A stretch of DNA of 64,000 bases from Thermodesulfobacteriota bacterium (GCA_049320885.1 JBMORA010000024.1:71317-135316); one strand, 5' to 3'. Positions 12,301 to 20,498 are shown, numbered from the stretch's first letter. Numbers and translations are program-made. The notes: generated from the sequence alone by a model not told the origin.

Positions 12301-14494
12301 ATTGCTCAAAAAAGGTCTCCCCCTGGGGATCGGCGACCGATAACCGCAGCTCGGCCGGATTGACCCAATTGTGTTGCCCGCCATAGGTGGATTTCAGCAG
12401 AACGGACTCGCCGTTTTTATACCTCGGTTTATCCGTTCCGACCGCTACACGGATCGTGTCTGTATAAACCTCAAACCCCCGGGAACCAGCCGCCATGAGG
12501 GTATGGTTCTCGTCATACACCCGCGCATACAATCGGTCATAGCTGAATAGCGGGACGGTAACGGGTTGGGTCTGCATCCCCCCCGCCGGCACCAGAAGAG
12601 ACAGCGGGGCCGGACGATACACGGAATCATGCCGAACAGCGGAATTATGCGGGAAAAAATATTGCAGGGTGAACTCCCGATCCGTTTCTCCATGGTTCCA
12701 GACCGAGATCACGAAATCCGCTTCCTGCCCGTACAGATATTCCTCTGAATCCGAATTAACCGATACCGTGACCGGTTTCGTGATAATGCCCTGGGGGGGG
12801 TTGCCGACCACGAAACGAGCTGCGGTTTCCTCGGTTTGGATGCCCAGTTGCTCGGTGTTCAACAGTTCGGCCTGAACAGACCAGATGCCCAGATCGCCGG
12901 CGACTTCCTCAATGGAAAAGGGTACCGTCACGGTCTGACCCGGTTCGAATGGATACCCGACGATTTCCGTCCCCACGATCTGATTGTCCGGATTCCGCAG
13001 GCTGAATGTCACAAAAGCGACGGCCTCGTCCGTATGGTTGGTCAGTTCCACCGATAGCGCCATGGCATCTCCCGGCCTGGCTTCGGGTAACTCGGCGGGT
13101 TCCAGCGCCCAGCGGAGCATATCCCGGATGATCCGCCTGCCGTCCTCGGTAGCCTGACCATTGGCAAAGGCCCAGTCTTCATACATGCTGGTGGCGATGA
13201 CATGGCCTTCTCCATACGGATACAGGAGCATGCAGGGCATGCCGTTCTTGGCTCGTCTCAGGAGCACCGTGGCCTCCTGCGGCCAATCCGTGAAATATCC
13301 ATCCACCACCGAATCGCAGACGGCTTTATCGATGCCGCTTATTATGGGATGATAGGTATCCACGTTCATGGATTTCCACTGGCAGCTCATATCCTCGGTC
13401 CAGCCATAGCCCGCCCATCGGCCCGGCAGGACCGAATATTCATACCCCCGCTGCTGGGAGAAGACGATCAGGGTTCCGCCGGCGGCGACGTATTGTTCCA
13501 GTTTGGTCTTAAAAGAAGGCAGATTGTCCAACCCGTACAGGCCGCCGCTCGGTATGATCAGGACAGGATGCCGTTCCATGTCAGCAGGATCAAAATCCAC
13601 CAGCACGTTGTTGATGCCGTTGCCGATCAGTCCGGAAAGCAAAGCCGATTCCTGATAAAAGCCGTTTGTCAGCACGCCGAGTTGCGCCCCTGGATCGAAA
13701 ACGGGACCGTTGCCTTCGGAAACGGATTCTGAATTCGGGCTTGCATTATCATCCGGGTGATCCTTACAACCCGGTTTGGAAACCAGAATGATCCCCTTTT
13801 GGGAATTACAGGTATAGCTGGTGCATGGACTGGAGCTCTTTGGTATGAAGGTGGGAATTTTAAGGATGGCGCCCGACCCGGGATCGCAGATGTATTGTAC
13901 ACATTTATCGCCCTCTGGAAGGGTCTTTTTGATTTCTTCGATGTTTCCGGTATCTGGATCACATATATATTGTACGCATGGATTACCTTCCGGAACAGGT
14001 TTTGGGACGATTGTGTGATCCTCGCACCTGTCGCATGGGGTCAGTTTGATGCTGACGGAAAACCCTCCCTCCAGTTCCGCGCAATCCGGCGGATCGATGC
14101 CGCATGGACGGATATACAAAGGCCCCGGGGTGGTTTGACGGATGCCGAAGACGAATCCGGCGGTCGCCACGTAATCGGAATTTTCCGGCGGGCAGCCGAC
14201 ATCAAATCGAATCTGGAAAATCTGCGCCGCGCCGGCGGCGATGTCGGCGGTTGAAGGCGAAACTTCTCGAATGGCGACCAGCCCATGGGGGTTTTGGACA
14301 ACAGCGGCCGACACCGTCACGCCCGTCATGCCGGTTTCACCGAAATTGTTAACGGTGAGTTGATAGACGTTGCCCACGGAAGGGGCGGCGACATCGGCGG
14401 CCGAAGCCGCATTCATCCCAAAGATCGTCAGCACGAGGATACCCGCTGCTATTTCTCCAAGGGATATTGCCAATGATTGGATCAAGCGTCTCAT
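3371..14494 (-). CDS. Giant (~3707 aa) secreted multidomain surface protein
   Basis: Start MRRLIQ at 14494 after GGAAGGA, then a signal peptide. Contains Cys-rich repeats, Ig-like repeats, two GATase-like domains, a PQQ/BamB-type propeller, FN3, DxDxDG Ca-binding motifs, a CHB_HEX_C-like motif (IYYTLDGSDPT) and PKD (PPIADAG..LDG..SSDPD). Confidence 0.9.
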   Translation of the reverse strand: MRRLIQSLAISLGEIAAGILVLTIFGMNAASAADVAAPSVGNVYQLTVNNFGETGMTGVTVSAAVVQNPHGLVAIREVSPSTADIAAGAAQIFQIRFDVGCPPENSDYVATAGFVFGIRQTTPGPLYIRPCGIDPPDCAELEGGFSVSIKLTPCDRCEDHTIVPKPVPEGNPCVQYICDPDTGNIEEIKKTLPEGDKCVQYICDPGSGAILKIPTFIPKSSSPCTSYTCNSQKGIILVSKPGCKDHPDDNASPNSESVSEGNGPVFDPGAQLGVLTNGFYQESALLSGLIGNGINNVLVDFDPADMERHPVLIIPSGGLYGLDNLPSFKTKLEQYVAAGGTLIVFSQQRGYEYSVLPGRWAGYGWTEDMSCQWKSMNVDTYHPIISGIDKAVCDSVVDGYFTDWPQEATVLLRRAKNGMPCMLLYPYGEGHVIATSMYEDWAFANGQATEDGRRIIRDMLRWALEPAELPEARPGDAMALSVELTNHTDEAVAFVTFSLRNPDNQIVGTEIVGYPFEPGQTVTVPFSIEEVAGDLGIWSVQAELLNTEQLGIQTEETAARFVVGNPPQGIITKPVTVSVNSDSEEYLYGQEADFVISVWNHGETDREFTLQYFFPHNSAVRHDSVYRPAPLSLLVPAGGMQTQPVTVPLFSYDRLYARVYDENHTLMAAGSRGFEVYTDTIRVAVGTDKPRYKNGESVLLKSTYGGQHNWVNPAELRLSVADPQGETFFEQSRPVWISRSAKEEEMELTLGNPAKAGQYTVTAAIYFQGRKIAAGYRTTFDVPKAEMQVFPHAPMILQPEAAAVSFDIHNANAGGIVPGDFGRMTVSLADPNGITLMNETRTFEPQEEQWFSIALPFSIDQVVFGEYALTYQIDLGGRNYTSVKKIDCSASVAGCFDRNEYRGGQSVELTVTAANNGRIALEDMELTLSIPQLSVNDQQTMTLLPGQSRRTAFAFMVPESAVAGVHTAIVSLFINGSSKRTSCDFYVMPAKIDLRFSGDRYQAGETIAVELANSGGTPTTAGYTFTLLDERNHPIAVAEGSQSLPVDGTGRVLVVIPEPAKSGSYSLRAQVTDTAAGETTVYHDRLDISGVEAGLELTPDREVYFRADPKTIRADLTLGQGEIENGALDLEVHAAEKIWTSREDWQTADLHLVDIDSRPGDVLPMDRGGGAVGPEDPDGRIQWFHDSWNRYQAEPVMDSDGTVHAFMGLGEVPAGVLYTVRADGASGWSFLTGGSSCSSPVLGRDGEVYIVCANVVHAVRAGVELWTFESDGETLISPVIGPDGTVHVSSGAGRLLALNPDGTEKWQRCEPSAETPQAPSVGPDGAVYWPVFKDGESQILTMDPDGSEVWRYAPGAWISHPVSVGADGTVYVCTSDGNLHALHPDGALRWKNTIGSLTSRPELGPDGTVYVTAYGNQIISIDPNGAERWAYALDGWITAKPSVGPDGTVYAAVLAQEYGWYYSSIQALNPDGTLHWNYRVPVRGEAGMAVGADGGVVAVDQNGRFYKLGPKGRSVTLKLDAGGRKTWGLLQLLAEEMGAACIQVSTRTADTEGALAKAGWTSYGRESGEGPVVFVSPVTSGPGRWLEIEINFQNAYIGSEDGEYFPMLREVLVGGEGGAGNLVWSQRLPLALFENRHLEIPLEVQLPEGRYILKGALTNSLSQKIAEDSSVFYINDDHIRLIFDADKEIYRSGDTVLISGNVINTLTDPVVGRHLSFEINGALVYSETADLPGLGEHPFAFGVVAPETSFMITGRLDTAELPLQVTVGAPALSVDISPERAGRAPFDLSVALTNQGAVDLRVDVVVAEKAHPLTIPAGQRLVVTEPVNIIADATIPVVITGDVDQTFRHAVDFCEQLAVTVSPAEYYTEGVLVIPYIAENTGCMDSEAEMTFRLNGETLTRTVFAPAGGSIADSLTFNVGAGDYSLTYESVFGSGSIPVSVLGTDRLEVGLDIGYPHSSRVLLLSDSLAATDVETALAKAGKEVTVTRALSTEWDGADPSPRDFDVIVLADSGNDGTAMPPQTQAIVTEFVRNGGGLVITEQVVAENAENGAYAGLAELYLFDPAQYGYARGADGFTKVAVHPVTEGITEPIGFDVIDGNRGALKADATVVMAGTLLPNAVAVKAVELGRIVQFAAADSAGGNLFTDNPAMQTLITNAVHWTARRSAPGKVNVAVMVWNRGANHFAGDLAVTADFLDEAASLSPGVGQGALFEWEVATAELPGGVYPLQALVSRVGVPVQQAEAELEISGPRFEPASYPVMPVYTPGAKGEITFTVRNSGMTQGAAGIHFSMLDILDETGNFWLSPGETETVTYHFEVPDDIAAGDYKAVLNVEGAVTEIPFRIGGLSIDVSALLDQPVYHIGDTAVLTVTVVNPSDAHPEMLARVVSNSGEVVESFILGDSNTMPFHIPVTGAMPEQLTVGLYMASGRSVYINTIPIRLQDGTITLYPDRAVYSPGDTVMMQVLTAENGDLTVAAPGFDETLPVNGDTTFHFVLPDEMVSDRYLVEYQLGGHTGACPVYVNGYDARALEAVFDKEIYEPTDTLALSLAVDISEPLDVIVKGWIYRPDGEYMPLFETDARLAAGDNRMDLPPAGFSTPRAGIHYVVYTIYKADTLLELMSAWEPFEVQPAAVTALAVDRMVYGATEPITARVETIACEPYTGRITLTADGGIVAEQEVTLEGEEIFHFDPGSFPLGRHVLSAQLTGENLFSEKTTAFTVADRMAPGIPAGLAATVTGNVANLTWSPNPEADLVGYHVYRNGVRLNSFPAVRSSYQDDHIPAGIAHSYHVTAVDRAGNESPPSAAVTLMQDSTPPVIAFTPAADTHADHPVTVTYTATDNHDPAPAVTANYPSPTLFYISGDYIVTARATDAAGNTAEKSLRIHIELEGDTDNDGIQDDWEMTHFGALDRDGSGDYDNDGLSDLDEYRNGTDPVQSDAPTLPVILLPADGGEVAELAPEITIENSAGANGAPVHYTFEVYGDEAMTDLVAGQADVPQALPHTVWPVPEPLTDNTWYYWRVRAGDGICATSWVYGRFFVNTENDPPGAFFSSRPADGTAVDTRTPVLEVGNSIDADQDAVTYTFEVYHDAAMTELVVVSPDLPAGTEGVTAWVVDAQLSDNIWYYWRCRATDEHGLAGEWTATFAFFTDSNGTDDPPAITVTEPAAEVSTNAGAFTIKWEDGDPDSNARITLYADTDNTGADGMPIAAGLLEDADGETGDSWNWDISALGDGAYFVYAVITDDATAAPASYAPGALIIDRTPPLVTAAPAGGVYEGVQEISLTADEPSVIYYTLDGSDPTTESIVYSGSFAIEEDTLLKFMAVDPAGNRSLTVTESYTILITNIPPIADAGIGAVIYLGETAHLDGAGSSDPDNGPSALTYHWSFTALPAGSALTAADIAGADTSLASFVPDVIGAYGTALEVYDGKDRHTDSVILTVVADNGLRLSTASLIATEKIHLEAGARINSGHAAVLDQDLWGGKKCFRGEVIVGHNAWMNEGAALYGDTVHIKHGASVDEVYYNQLRNRGTIRGAAVTPLELPLDFALPVFPDPAPGEADITVMPGGELTLTPGAYGEVRLKTRSTLVFTGGVYHLEDLDIGDNNCRVLFGGPTVLIIEGGLSQGRKAYIGPAEGSAIGARDIVMVVHGYKGRKGNTLATAVKIGGQNILKANIFAPDGKIWVQHDSEVEGALIGREILIGVQVQVTLDSGF

Positions 14495-14559
14495 CGGTTT
14501 TCCTTCCGGAGGCAGTCTCCTGCATGCTGCAATCGGCGGCATTCGTTGTCGGATGCGCT

Positions 14560-15048
14560 CTATTGCATGCCGGGCCTGCTTCCGCCGGATCGCCTTATCT
14601 GATCAAGGCGCGGCGGCGGCAGCGGCGGCAGGATATAGTTGATTCTCCATTCCCCCAGCTCTTTTACGATTGCGAAGGTATGCAATCCACTGATCATTCG
14701 GGGCGGCAGTTCCTTTTGAAAGCGGAGGAGCGCTTTGACGATAACGGCGTTTCCCTGTTGCGAAATCGTTTGCAACGAATACCCCGCCAGGTTTCCCCCC
14801 GCTTGCCGACAACTACCGAATCTATTCTTGAAATTTTCTTTTCCATCTTTGCCCAGACCGGTTTGGCAAAGAACACGAAACATGGCGTCAAGGTCATTCC
14901 GTTTCCAGGATTGGCAAAAAACCGTGACCGGATGCCCGGGTGATTTTCCGCCGCCGCCAATTTCCTCTGCTGGGGGCACGCCATCCGCGATGCGGAATGT
15001 CCCGGCGGCGACGGCGAATACAGCAATGAAAAGAAGAATTCGATTCAT
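14560..15048 (-). CDS. Exported hypothetical protein, possible NTF2-like fold
   Basis: Signal peptide MNRILLFIAVFAVAAG; C-terminal F.IVKE.GEWRI strand pattern. Confidence 0.7.
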   Translation of the reverse strand: MNRILLFIAVFAVAAGTFRIADGVPPAEEIGGGGKSPGHPVTVFCQSWKRNDLDAMFRVLCQTGLGKDGKENFKNRFGSCRQAGGNLAGYSLQTISQQGNAVIVKALLRFQKELPPRMISGLHTFAIVKELGEWRINYILPPLPPPRLDQIRRSGGSRPGMQ

Positions 15049-15122
15049 TCCCCATATCCTCGATATCGATCAATTTGTGTTTTACCTTATTGGTTCTGAA
15101 ACGGAAGGCGTTACGGACAGCT

Positions 15123-15143
15123 CATGGCACGTTGCATGCCATG
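15123..15143. promoter_or_regulatory. Palindrome resembling a sigma54 -24/-12 site on both strands
   Basis: CATGGCA-CGTTGCA-TGCCATG. Reads TGGCACG-N4-ATGC on + and TGGCATG-N4-GTGC on -. Confidence 0.35.
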
Positions 15144-15471
15144 GTTGTATTCATCTCTGCGGGTTCTGTTCGCGATGGAATCTGTCCGGTTTCTATGCCA
15201 TCATCAGTTGCATGATGTCAATATGTTTTTCGCGGAAATCGACGATACAGTTGCGATCATTTTTACACAGATGATGCAGGCGGCAAAACATGCCCGTATT
15301 CATCCGCAGATATAAAAATGCATGGCAAATGGTTATCCATATGCACGCGACATAGGTAGACAGTGTTTTTCAAGCGCCATTTATGCTATAGTTCCCCGAG
15401 AGCAAGAACGGCAACCAGGATTTTGCTGGATCAAACGACATCCGGAGTTCCACGTTAGAAGCGAGGCACGC

Positions 15472-17043
15472 ATGCCCACAGCCCAACCCGTCCGCTTTGA
15501 TAAATATATTCTCCTCGATCGCATCGCCATGGGCGGCATGGCGGAGGTCTTCCGGGCCAAACTCATCGGTGAGAAAGGGTTCGAAAAGCCGGTGGTATTG
15601 AAAAAGATGCTGCCGCACCTGACCGATGAGGAGGAAATGGTCAGGCATTTCATTGATGAAGCCCGGCTGGCGGCCCAACTGAAACACGAAAATATCATCC
15701 ACATATACGATTTCGGCATGTCGGCGAACACCTTTTTTATCGCCATGGAATACCTTTTCGGTAAAGATCTCAGCATGGTATTGAAGCGGTCGGCCGAAAC
15801 CGGTGAATCCATGCCGCTTGAAACCTGCCTGTTCATCGTTTCCAGGATCTGCGAGGGATTGGCATACGCGCATAACTTGACGGATTTAAATGGTAATCCA
15901 CTGGATATCGTCCATCGGGATATCAGCCCGCACAATATTTTCATCACCTACGAGGGCAACATCAAAATAATCGATTTTGGAATCGCCAAGGCGGCCTCCA
16001 GGTCGACGAAAACCCAAACCGGCATCATCAAGGGCAAGGCGGCCTACATGTCGCCGGAACAGGCCGCGGGGAACCCGATCGACCGGCGATCGGACCTGTA
16101 CGCTGTCGGTATTCTTCTGTATGAACTCTCGACCGGCCGAAAAATGTTTGAAGGCGATACGTTTCAGGTGCTTTCGAGAGTGATCAACGGCGAATATGAA
16201 CCGCCGGAGACGCTGAAACCGGATCTTCCGGAGCCGGTCGTCCGCATCCTGCATAAATCGTTGCGCATCAACCCCGATGAACGCTATGCTTCCTGCGAGG
16301 AAATGCAGGCGGATATCGAGGATTGCATCTATAAGCTCGGATACCGCCCCGGTTCCCGGAAATTATCCAGCTTCATGCAATCGCTGTTTGAGGGCCATTA
16401 CGATCTGGAAAAGCGGAAGCTCTCCCAAACAATGACGGCAAGCCGTGCCTCCCTGTCATCCGCCGATCATCGGCCGGAAAACGGAGGCGGATATGCAGCG
16501 ACGGCGGCTGGGGAAACCCAGCCCCCAAAACCGATGGAACCGACGTCGACGGCAATGACTTATGGCGCGACGCCTGAAGTCAGCCCGGATCAGGCCGGAA
16601 TCCGGCGAAGGAAAAGGCGCTTGATTGCGGTGGCGCTTGTCCTGGTATCGCTTATCTGCGTCGGCATACCGGTCGGGTATTTGGTGCATGACCATTATCA
16701 AAAAACGGAAAAGATCGACAAACTTCTGGAAACCGCTGAGGCCTGCATGGCCGATGGGCGGATCACATCGCCCCAAGACAATTGCGGCTATCATTATTAT
16801 CAGGAAGTGTTGACAATCGATCCGGGCAATCGACCGGCCCGGGAAGGCCTTGCGAAAGTCGTTTCCAAATGCATCTCGCTGGCGCAAAAAGAGATCGACA
16901 AGTTCAACCTGCCCTATGCCCGGCATTACATCGCCTTCGGTCTGCGCATCGATCCGGAAAACAAGACCCTGCTGGCAATGAAAAGAAAAACAGCCAATGG
17001 CGCTGATTTCTATTTCGATGGCATCAAAAGCTTCTTTAAATAA
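15472..17043 (+). CDS. Hanks-type Ser/Thr protein kinase with TM helix and TPR-like C-terminus
   Basis: GGMAEVF, VVLKK, HRDISPHN, DFGIAK and YMSPEQ motifs; TM LIAVALVLVSLICVGIPVGYLV. Confidence 0.95.
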   Translation: MPTAQPVRFDKYILLDRIAMGGMAEVFRAKLIGEKGFEKPVVLKKMLPHLTDEEEMVRHFIDEARLAAQLKHENIIHIYDFGMSANTFFIAMEYLFGKDLSMVLKRSAETGESMPLETCLFIVSRICEGLAYAHNLTDLNGNPLDIVHRDISPHNIFITYEGNIKIIDFGIAKAASRSTKTQTGIIKGKAAYMSPEQAAGNPIDRRSDLYAVGILLYELSTGRKMFEGDTFQVLSRVINGEYEPPETLKPDLPEPVVRILHKSLRINPDERYASCEEMQADIEDCIYKLGYRPGSRKLSSFMQSLFEGHYDLEKRKLSQTMTASRASLSSADHRPENGGGYAATAAGETQPPKPMEPTSTAMTYGATPEVSPDQAGIRRRKRRLIAVALVLVSLICVGIPVGYLVHDHYQKTEKIDKLLETAEACMADGRITSPQDNCGYHYYQEVLTIDPGNRPAREGLAKVVSKCISLAQKEIDKFNLPYARHYIAFGLRIDPENKTLLAMKRKTANGADFYFDGIKSFFK

Positions 17044-17340
17044 GACCACGCAGCATGGCGGAAAGCAAAAAACATCATGCTGAAAAACCATATCGCAAAC
17101 CATACGGCGGGGGAAAATCCTATTTCCACGCAAAAGGGTACAGCCGCCTGAACATTACACCCGGGCAGTATCCTCCTCCCGGCGAGTGCCGAATGGGGTT
17201 GCAGCGATGAAGATCCCGGCTTCCCGGAGCTGATGTTTTTATTGAAATTTTATCGGAATTCGGATATTTATTTTAATAGGAGGCCGATCGGGGCCGACCG
17301 GATCGGATGTAACCAGACCCATGGGAAAGAATAAAACAAG

Positions 17341-20300
17341 TTGACCGGATTGCATACCACATCGTTCACGAGATCGAAAATTTTTTTCGACCGCCGGGAT
17401 TACGAGCTTCTGGGGATCGTCAATCGCGTATTGCAAAAAGAAGCGGGGCATTTGGACTCGCAACAGATCTTCTATCCATACTGTCACCCCCACGGCATCA
17501 AGGAAATGGCCGAAACCAGGGGCCTGCGCTTCGCCTATGCCATCATCCGCCTCCTGGATTCCCTGGAGGTGGGCCAGATGGCCGACCGGCTCAGCGCCCT
17601 CCGCTCGTTGCGAAACGAGATGCTGAGCAACGAGTCCAATACGTTTCAAATCAATACCGCGCGGGTTCTGCTGGAAATCATGAAGGCCCTGATCCGGGCC
17701 CACGGGGATGAAAAGCGGCAACTGGAATTGGCCCACGATTTCCGGGTGGCGGCGCTGGGCAAGCCCCGGATCGTCCGCGCCTTCCTGAAACAGTACCACC
17801 TGCTGGAAATGCCGGAGGAATGGACCCAGCTGGCCTTCGACGATCATGTGCACGATGCCAACACCAAGGGCCGCAAATCCCCCACCCACCTGATCATGGA
17901 CGCCTGGATCAAGGGCATCCGGAGGCTCCGGGTGATCTATTACAACCACGTGTGGCCCCACGTGGCGGCCGAATTGATGGAGGCCGCTGAAATCACCGGC
18001 ATCACGGTGCGCATCGGCATCGAGTTCTCCACCCGCTTTTATGATCAGTTCGTCCAGCTGATCTGGGTGCCCCGCGGCTTTGCGGACGCCGACGATTTCA
18101 TCGATTTCCTGAACCAGGACAAGGTGATGGAGCTCATGGCCGCCGGCCGCGAGGCCTCGCAATTCCAGCAACGGGCCGTGCTTGAGGTGCTGGCGGAAAT
18201 CAACCGCCATCCCCTTGATATTCTCCTGTCGACCCACGATATCCAACTGCCCAGACTGGATCCGCAGCAATTTCTTCAATTCGTCGGGACCGGCCAGGCA
18301 TCGCTGCTGCATCTGGCGGAATACATCCACATCACCCTGCTGCCCCTGATGAAAAAAAAGGTGGAGGAACTGCGCAGCCTTTACGCCGGTTCCGATGCGG
18401 AGGAGCGCAAACGGATCAACGCCCGGGTCCGGGAACTCGACGCCCTGGACGCGGGGGTGATCCTGGAACATCTCCCCTGCGCCACCGGACTGCATTCCCA
18501 GTTCGGCTGCGCGCCACCCGAAACCATGCCCATCCCGGCCATCATGGAGCTCTCCCCCTGCCGGCTCATCGACCGCCTGGCCGAACTGCATTCCGGCTAC
18601 CGGATCACCATGAACCTCACCGGCGTCCGCGGCGAGGACGTCCTTGAAATTCTGTATGAATGCGGCGGCCGTATCACCAGGCTGGAGACCTTCAATCTGA
18701 AAAATTTCGCCGCCGGCAAAAACGACCACATCGCCGTCATCTGCGACCTGCAAAAAGCCATGAATGACGGCAATGCCATGGCCCTGAAACGCCTGATCAA
18801 TGATTTCATCAAAAACGGAAGCCACCTTCCGGCCCATAGAATCGCCAGACTGAAAGAAATCCGGAACGACATCGCCTCCCTGCGGGTCATGTACCGCATC
18901 CGGCCCCTGAAATCCAGAATCGGCAGCGATTCCACCGGCCGTTCCTCGCGGTTCCACGGCATGGGCCTGGCGGTGGTGGAAACCCTGCCGCGGCGCTCCC
19001 AGAGAAGCATCCGGAAAGAAAAAGCATCCCTGCGCCAAATCATTCCCATTCATGTGGATACCTATCCCCGCACGGTGTATCTCCCCCGGGAGGATTTAAG
19101 CCAGCGGCGGCGTCATTTCTGGGACAATCTCCGCCATATACCCGGAGTGCTGCAGCTACGGTATCGCCGCCGGCGGGAGTGGGTGGCGGTGGAGCAATCC
19201 ACCCGGATGTCCGAACTGGGAAATATCGTCACTCTCGGGCACTTGCCCATGCGGTCCTCGAATGCCCTGGCGGCGGATCTGTCACGTCCCGTCCTGCGGC
19301 AGCAACGGCCCTCGCTGCGCTATCTCAATTCCAATCTGAAAAACATCATCAAGGTGCTGGTGGGCTTCGTTCCGGCCTTCGCCACCTTTTTCGCCTCCTA
19401 TGACTGGTGGCTGCTCGCCTATTTCGGGGCCTTCATCTGGTTCGGCATCACCGGCTTGCGCAACATCATCCAGTCCGTGCTGGGCGGCCGGGGAATCCGG
19501 CAATCCAATCTGCTGCGCTGGAACGATTTCGTCAGCTGGGACCGGCTCACCGATTCCCTCCTCTACACCGGTTTTTCCGTGCCCCTGCTGGACTTTTTCA
19601 TCAAAAAACTGGTGCTGGCCGAAGGATTCGACATCACCACCACCACCAATCCGGCCCTGCTGTATGCCTGCATGGCCCTGGCCAACGGGATTTATCTCAC
19701 CAGCCACAATCTCTTCCGCGGATTGCAGAAAGAGGCCGCCGCCGCCAATTTCTTCCGCAGCATTTTTTCCATACCCATCGCCTTTGCCTTCAATACGCTC
19801 ATCGGCTGGCTGCTTTCCTCCTCCGGTGTGGCCGATGTCAACGGGATCCTGCAGAATTGGGCCGCGGTGATTTCCAAGGCCGCATCCGACACAGTGGCCG
19901 GCATTATCGAGGGCGCCGCGGACCGGGCCCAGAATATCCGCTTCCGCCTGGCCGACTATCAATCCAAAATCCGCCAGTTTTTCGATTTGTTCGAACAACT
20001 GGAGATTCATTTCACGGAAACCAGCGTGGATGAAATCCTGGATGACCCCGGCCGCTGGCTGACGCCGTCCAACCCCAAGGAAGGGGAATTGTTGAAAATC
20101 ATGTTTATCAACGGGCTGGATCTATTGTATTTCTGGATGTATCAGCCCCGGGCCCGAACGGCCTTCCGCCAGATTCTCCGCCGCATGTCGAAGGAAGAGA
20201 GAAATCTCTTGATCCGTTCCCAGTTTGTCCTCAAAATGGAACGGGAAATCAGCCTGCTCCTGATCGACGGTATCATCGGCCGCGATTTTTCCCGCGCCCT

Positions 20301-20394
20301 GTCCTTCTATCTGACCTGCGAGCGGGACTATCTCGCCTCCCTGGAGCGACTGGAACATAAACTCTCGCATACCCCGGTTGGATCACCGGATTGA
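17341..20394 (+). CDS. Membrane protein with split, degenerate PHP-like metallophosphoesterase domain
   Basis: 1017-aa ORF with a TTG start (uncertain). DDHVHD, YYNH, GIEFS, ETFN and GSDST motifs; several hydrophobic helices in the C-terminal third. Confidence 0.75.
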   Translation: MTGLHTTSFTRSKIFFDRRDYELLGIVNRVLQKEAGHLDSQQIFYPYCHPHGIKEMAETRGLRFAYAIIRLLDSLEVGQMADRLSALRSLRNEMLSNESNTFQINTARVLLEIMKALIRAHGDEKRQLELAHDFRVAALGKPRIVRAFLKQYHLLEMPEEWTQLAFDDHVHDANTKGRKSPTHLIMDAWIKGIRRLRVIYYNHVWPHVAAELMEAAEITGITVRIGIEFSTRFYDQFVQLIWVPRGFADADDFIDFLNQDKVMELMAAGREASQFQQRAVLEVLAEINRHPLDILLSTHDIQLPRLDPQQFLQFVGTGQASLLHLAEYIHITLLPLMKKKVEELRSLYAGSDAEERKRINARVRELDALDAGVILEHLPCATGLHSQFGCAPPETMPIPAIMELSPCRLIDRLAELHSGYRITMNLTGVRGEDVLEILYECGGRITRLETFNLKNFAAGKNDHIAVICDLQKAMNDGNAMALKRLINDFIKNGSHLPAHRIARLKEIRNDIASLRVMYRIRPLKSRIGSDSTGRSSRFHGMGLAVVETLPRRSQRSIRKEKASLRQIIPIHVDTYPRTVYLPREDLSQRRRHFWDNLRHIPGVLQLRYRRRREWVAVEQSTRMSELGNIVTLGHLPMRSSNALAADLSRPVLRQQRPSLRYLNSNLKNIIKVLVGFVPAFATFFASYDWWLLAYFGAFIWFGITGLRNIIQSVLGGRGIRQSNLLRWNDFVSWDRLTDSLLYTGFSVPLLDFFIKKLVLAEGFDITTTTNPALLYACMALANGIYLTSHNLFRGLQKEAAAANFFRSIFSIPIAFAFNTLIGWLLSSSGVADVNGILQNWAAVISKAASDTVAGIIEGAADRAQNIRFRLADYQSKIRQFFDLFEQLEIHFTETSVDEILDDPGRWLTPSNPKEGELLKIMFINGLDLLYFWMYQPRARTAFRQILRRMSKEERNLLIRSQFVLKMEREISLLLIDGIIGRDFSRALSFYLTCERDYLASLERLEHKLSHTPVGSPD

Positions 20395-20498
20395 AAGCCG
20401 GCCGTCTGATCCCGCCCCCGCGGGAATCCATCCGCTGACGCTGGAGGGTGACCGCCGGCTCGGCCGTTTGTAAACCCCTGAACCCGCGCAGGTGCCGC

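Noticed and set aside
1..17043. T6SS locus (RHS plus PpkA-like kinase)
   Set aside because: No tss, vgrG, hcp or PAAR gene seen, and the RHS protein has a signal peptide.
17050..17340. Possible c-di-GMP riboswitch in the intergenic region
   Set aside because: Only ACGCAAA resembles the motif; the required stems could not be built.
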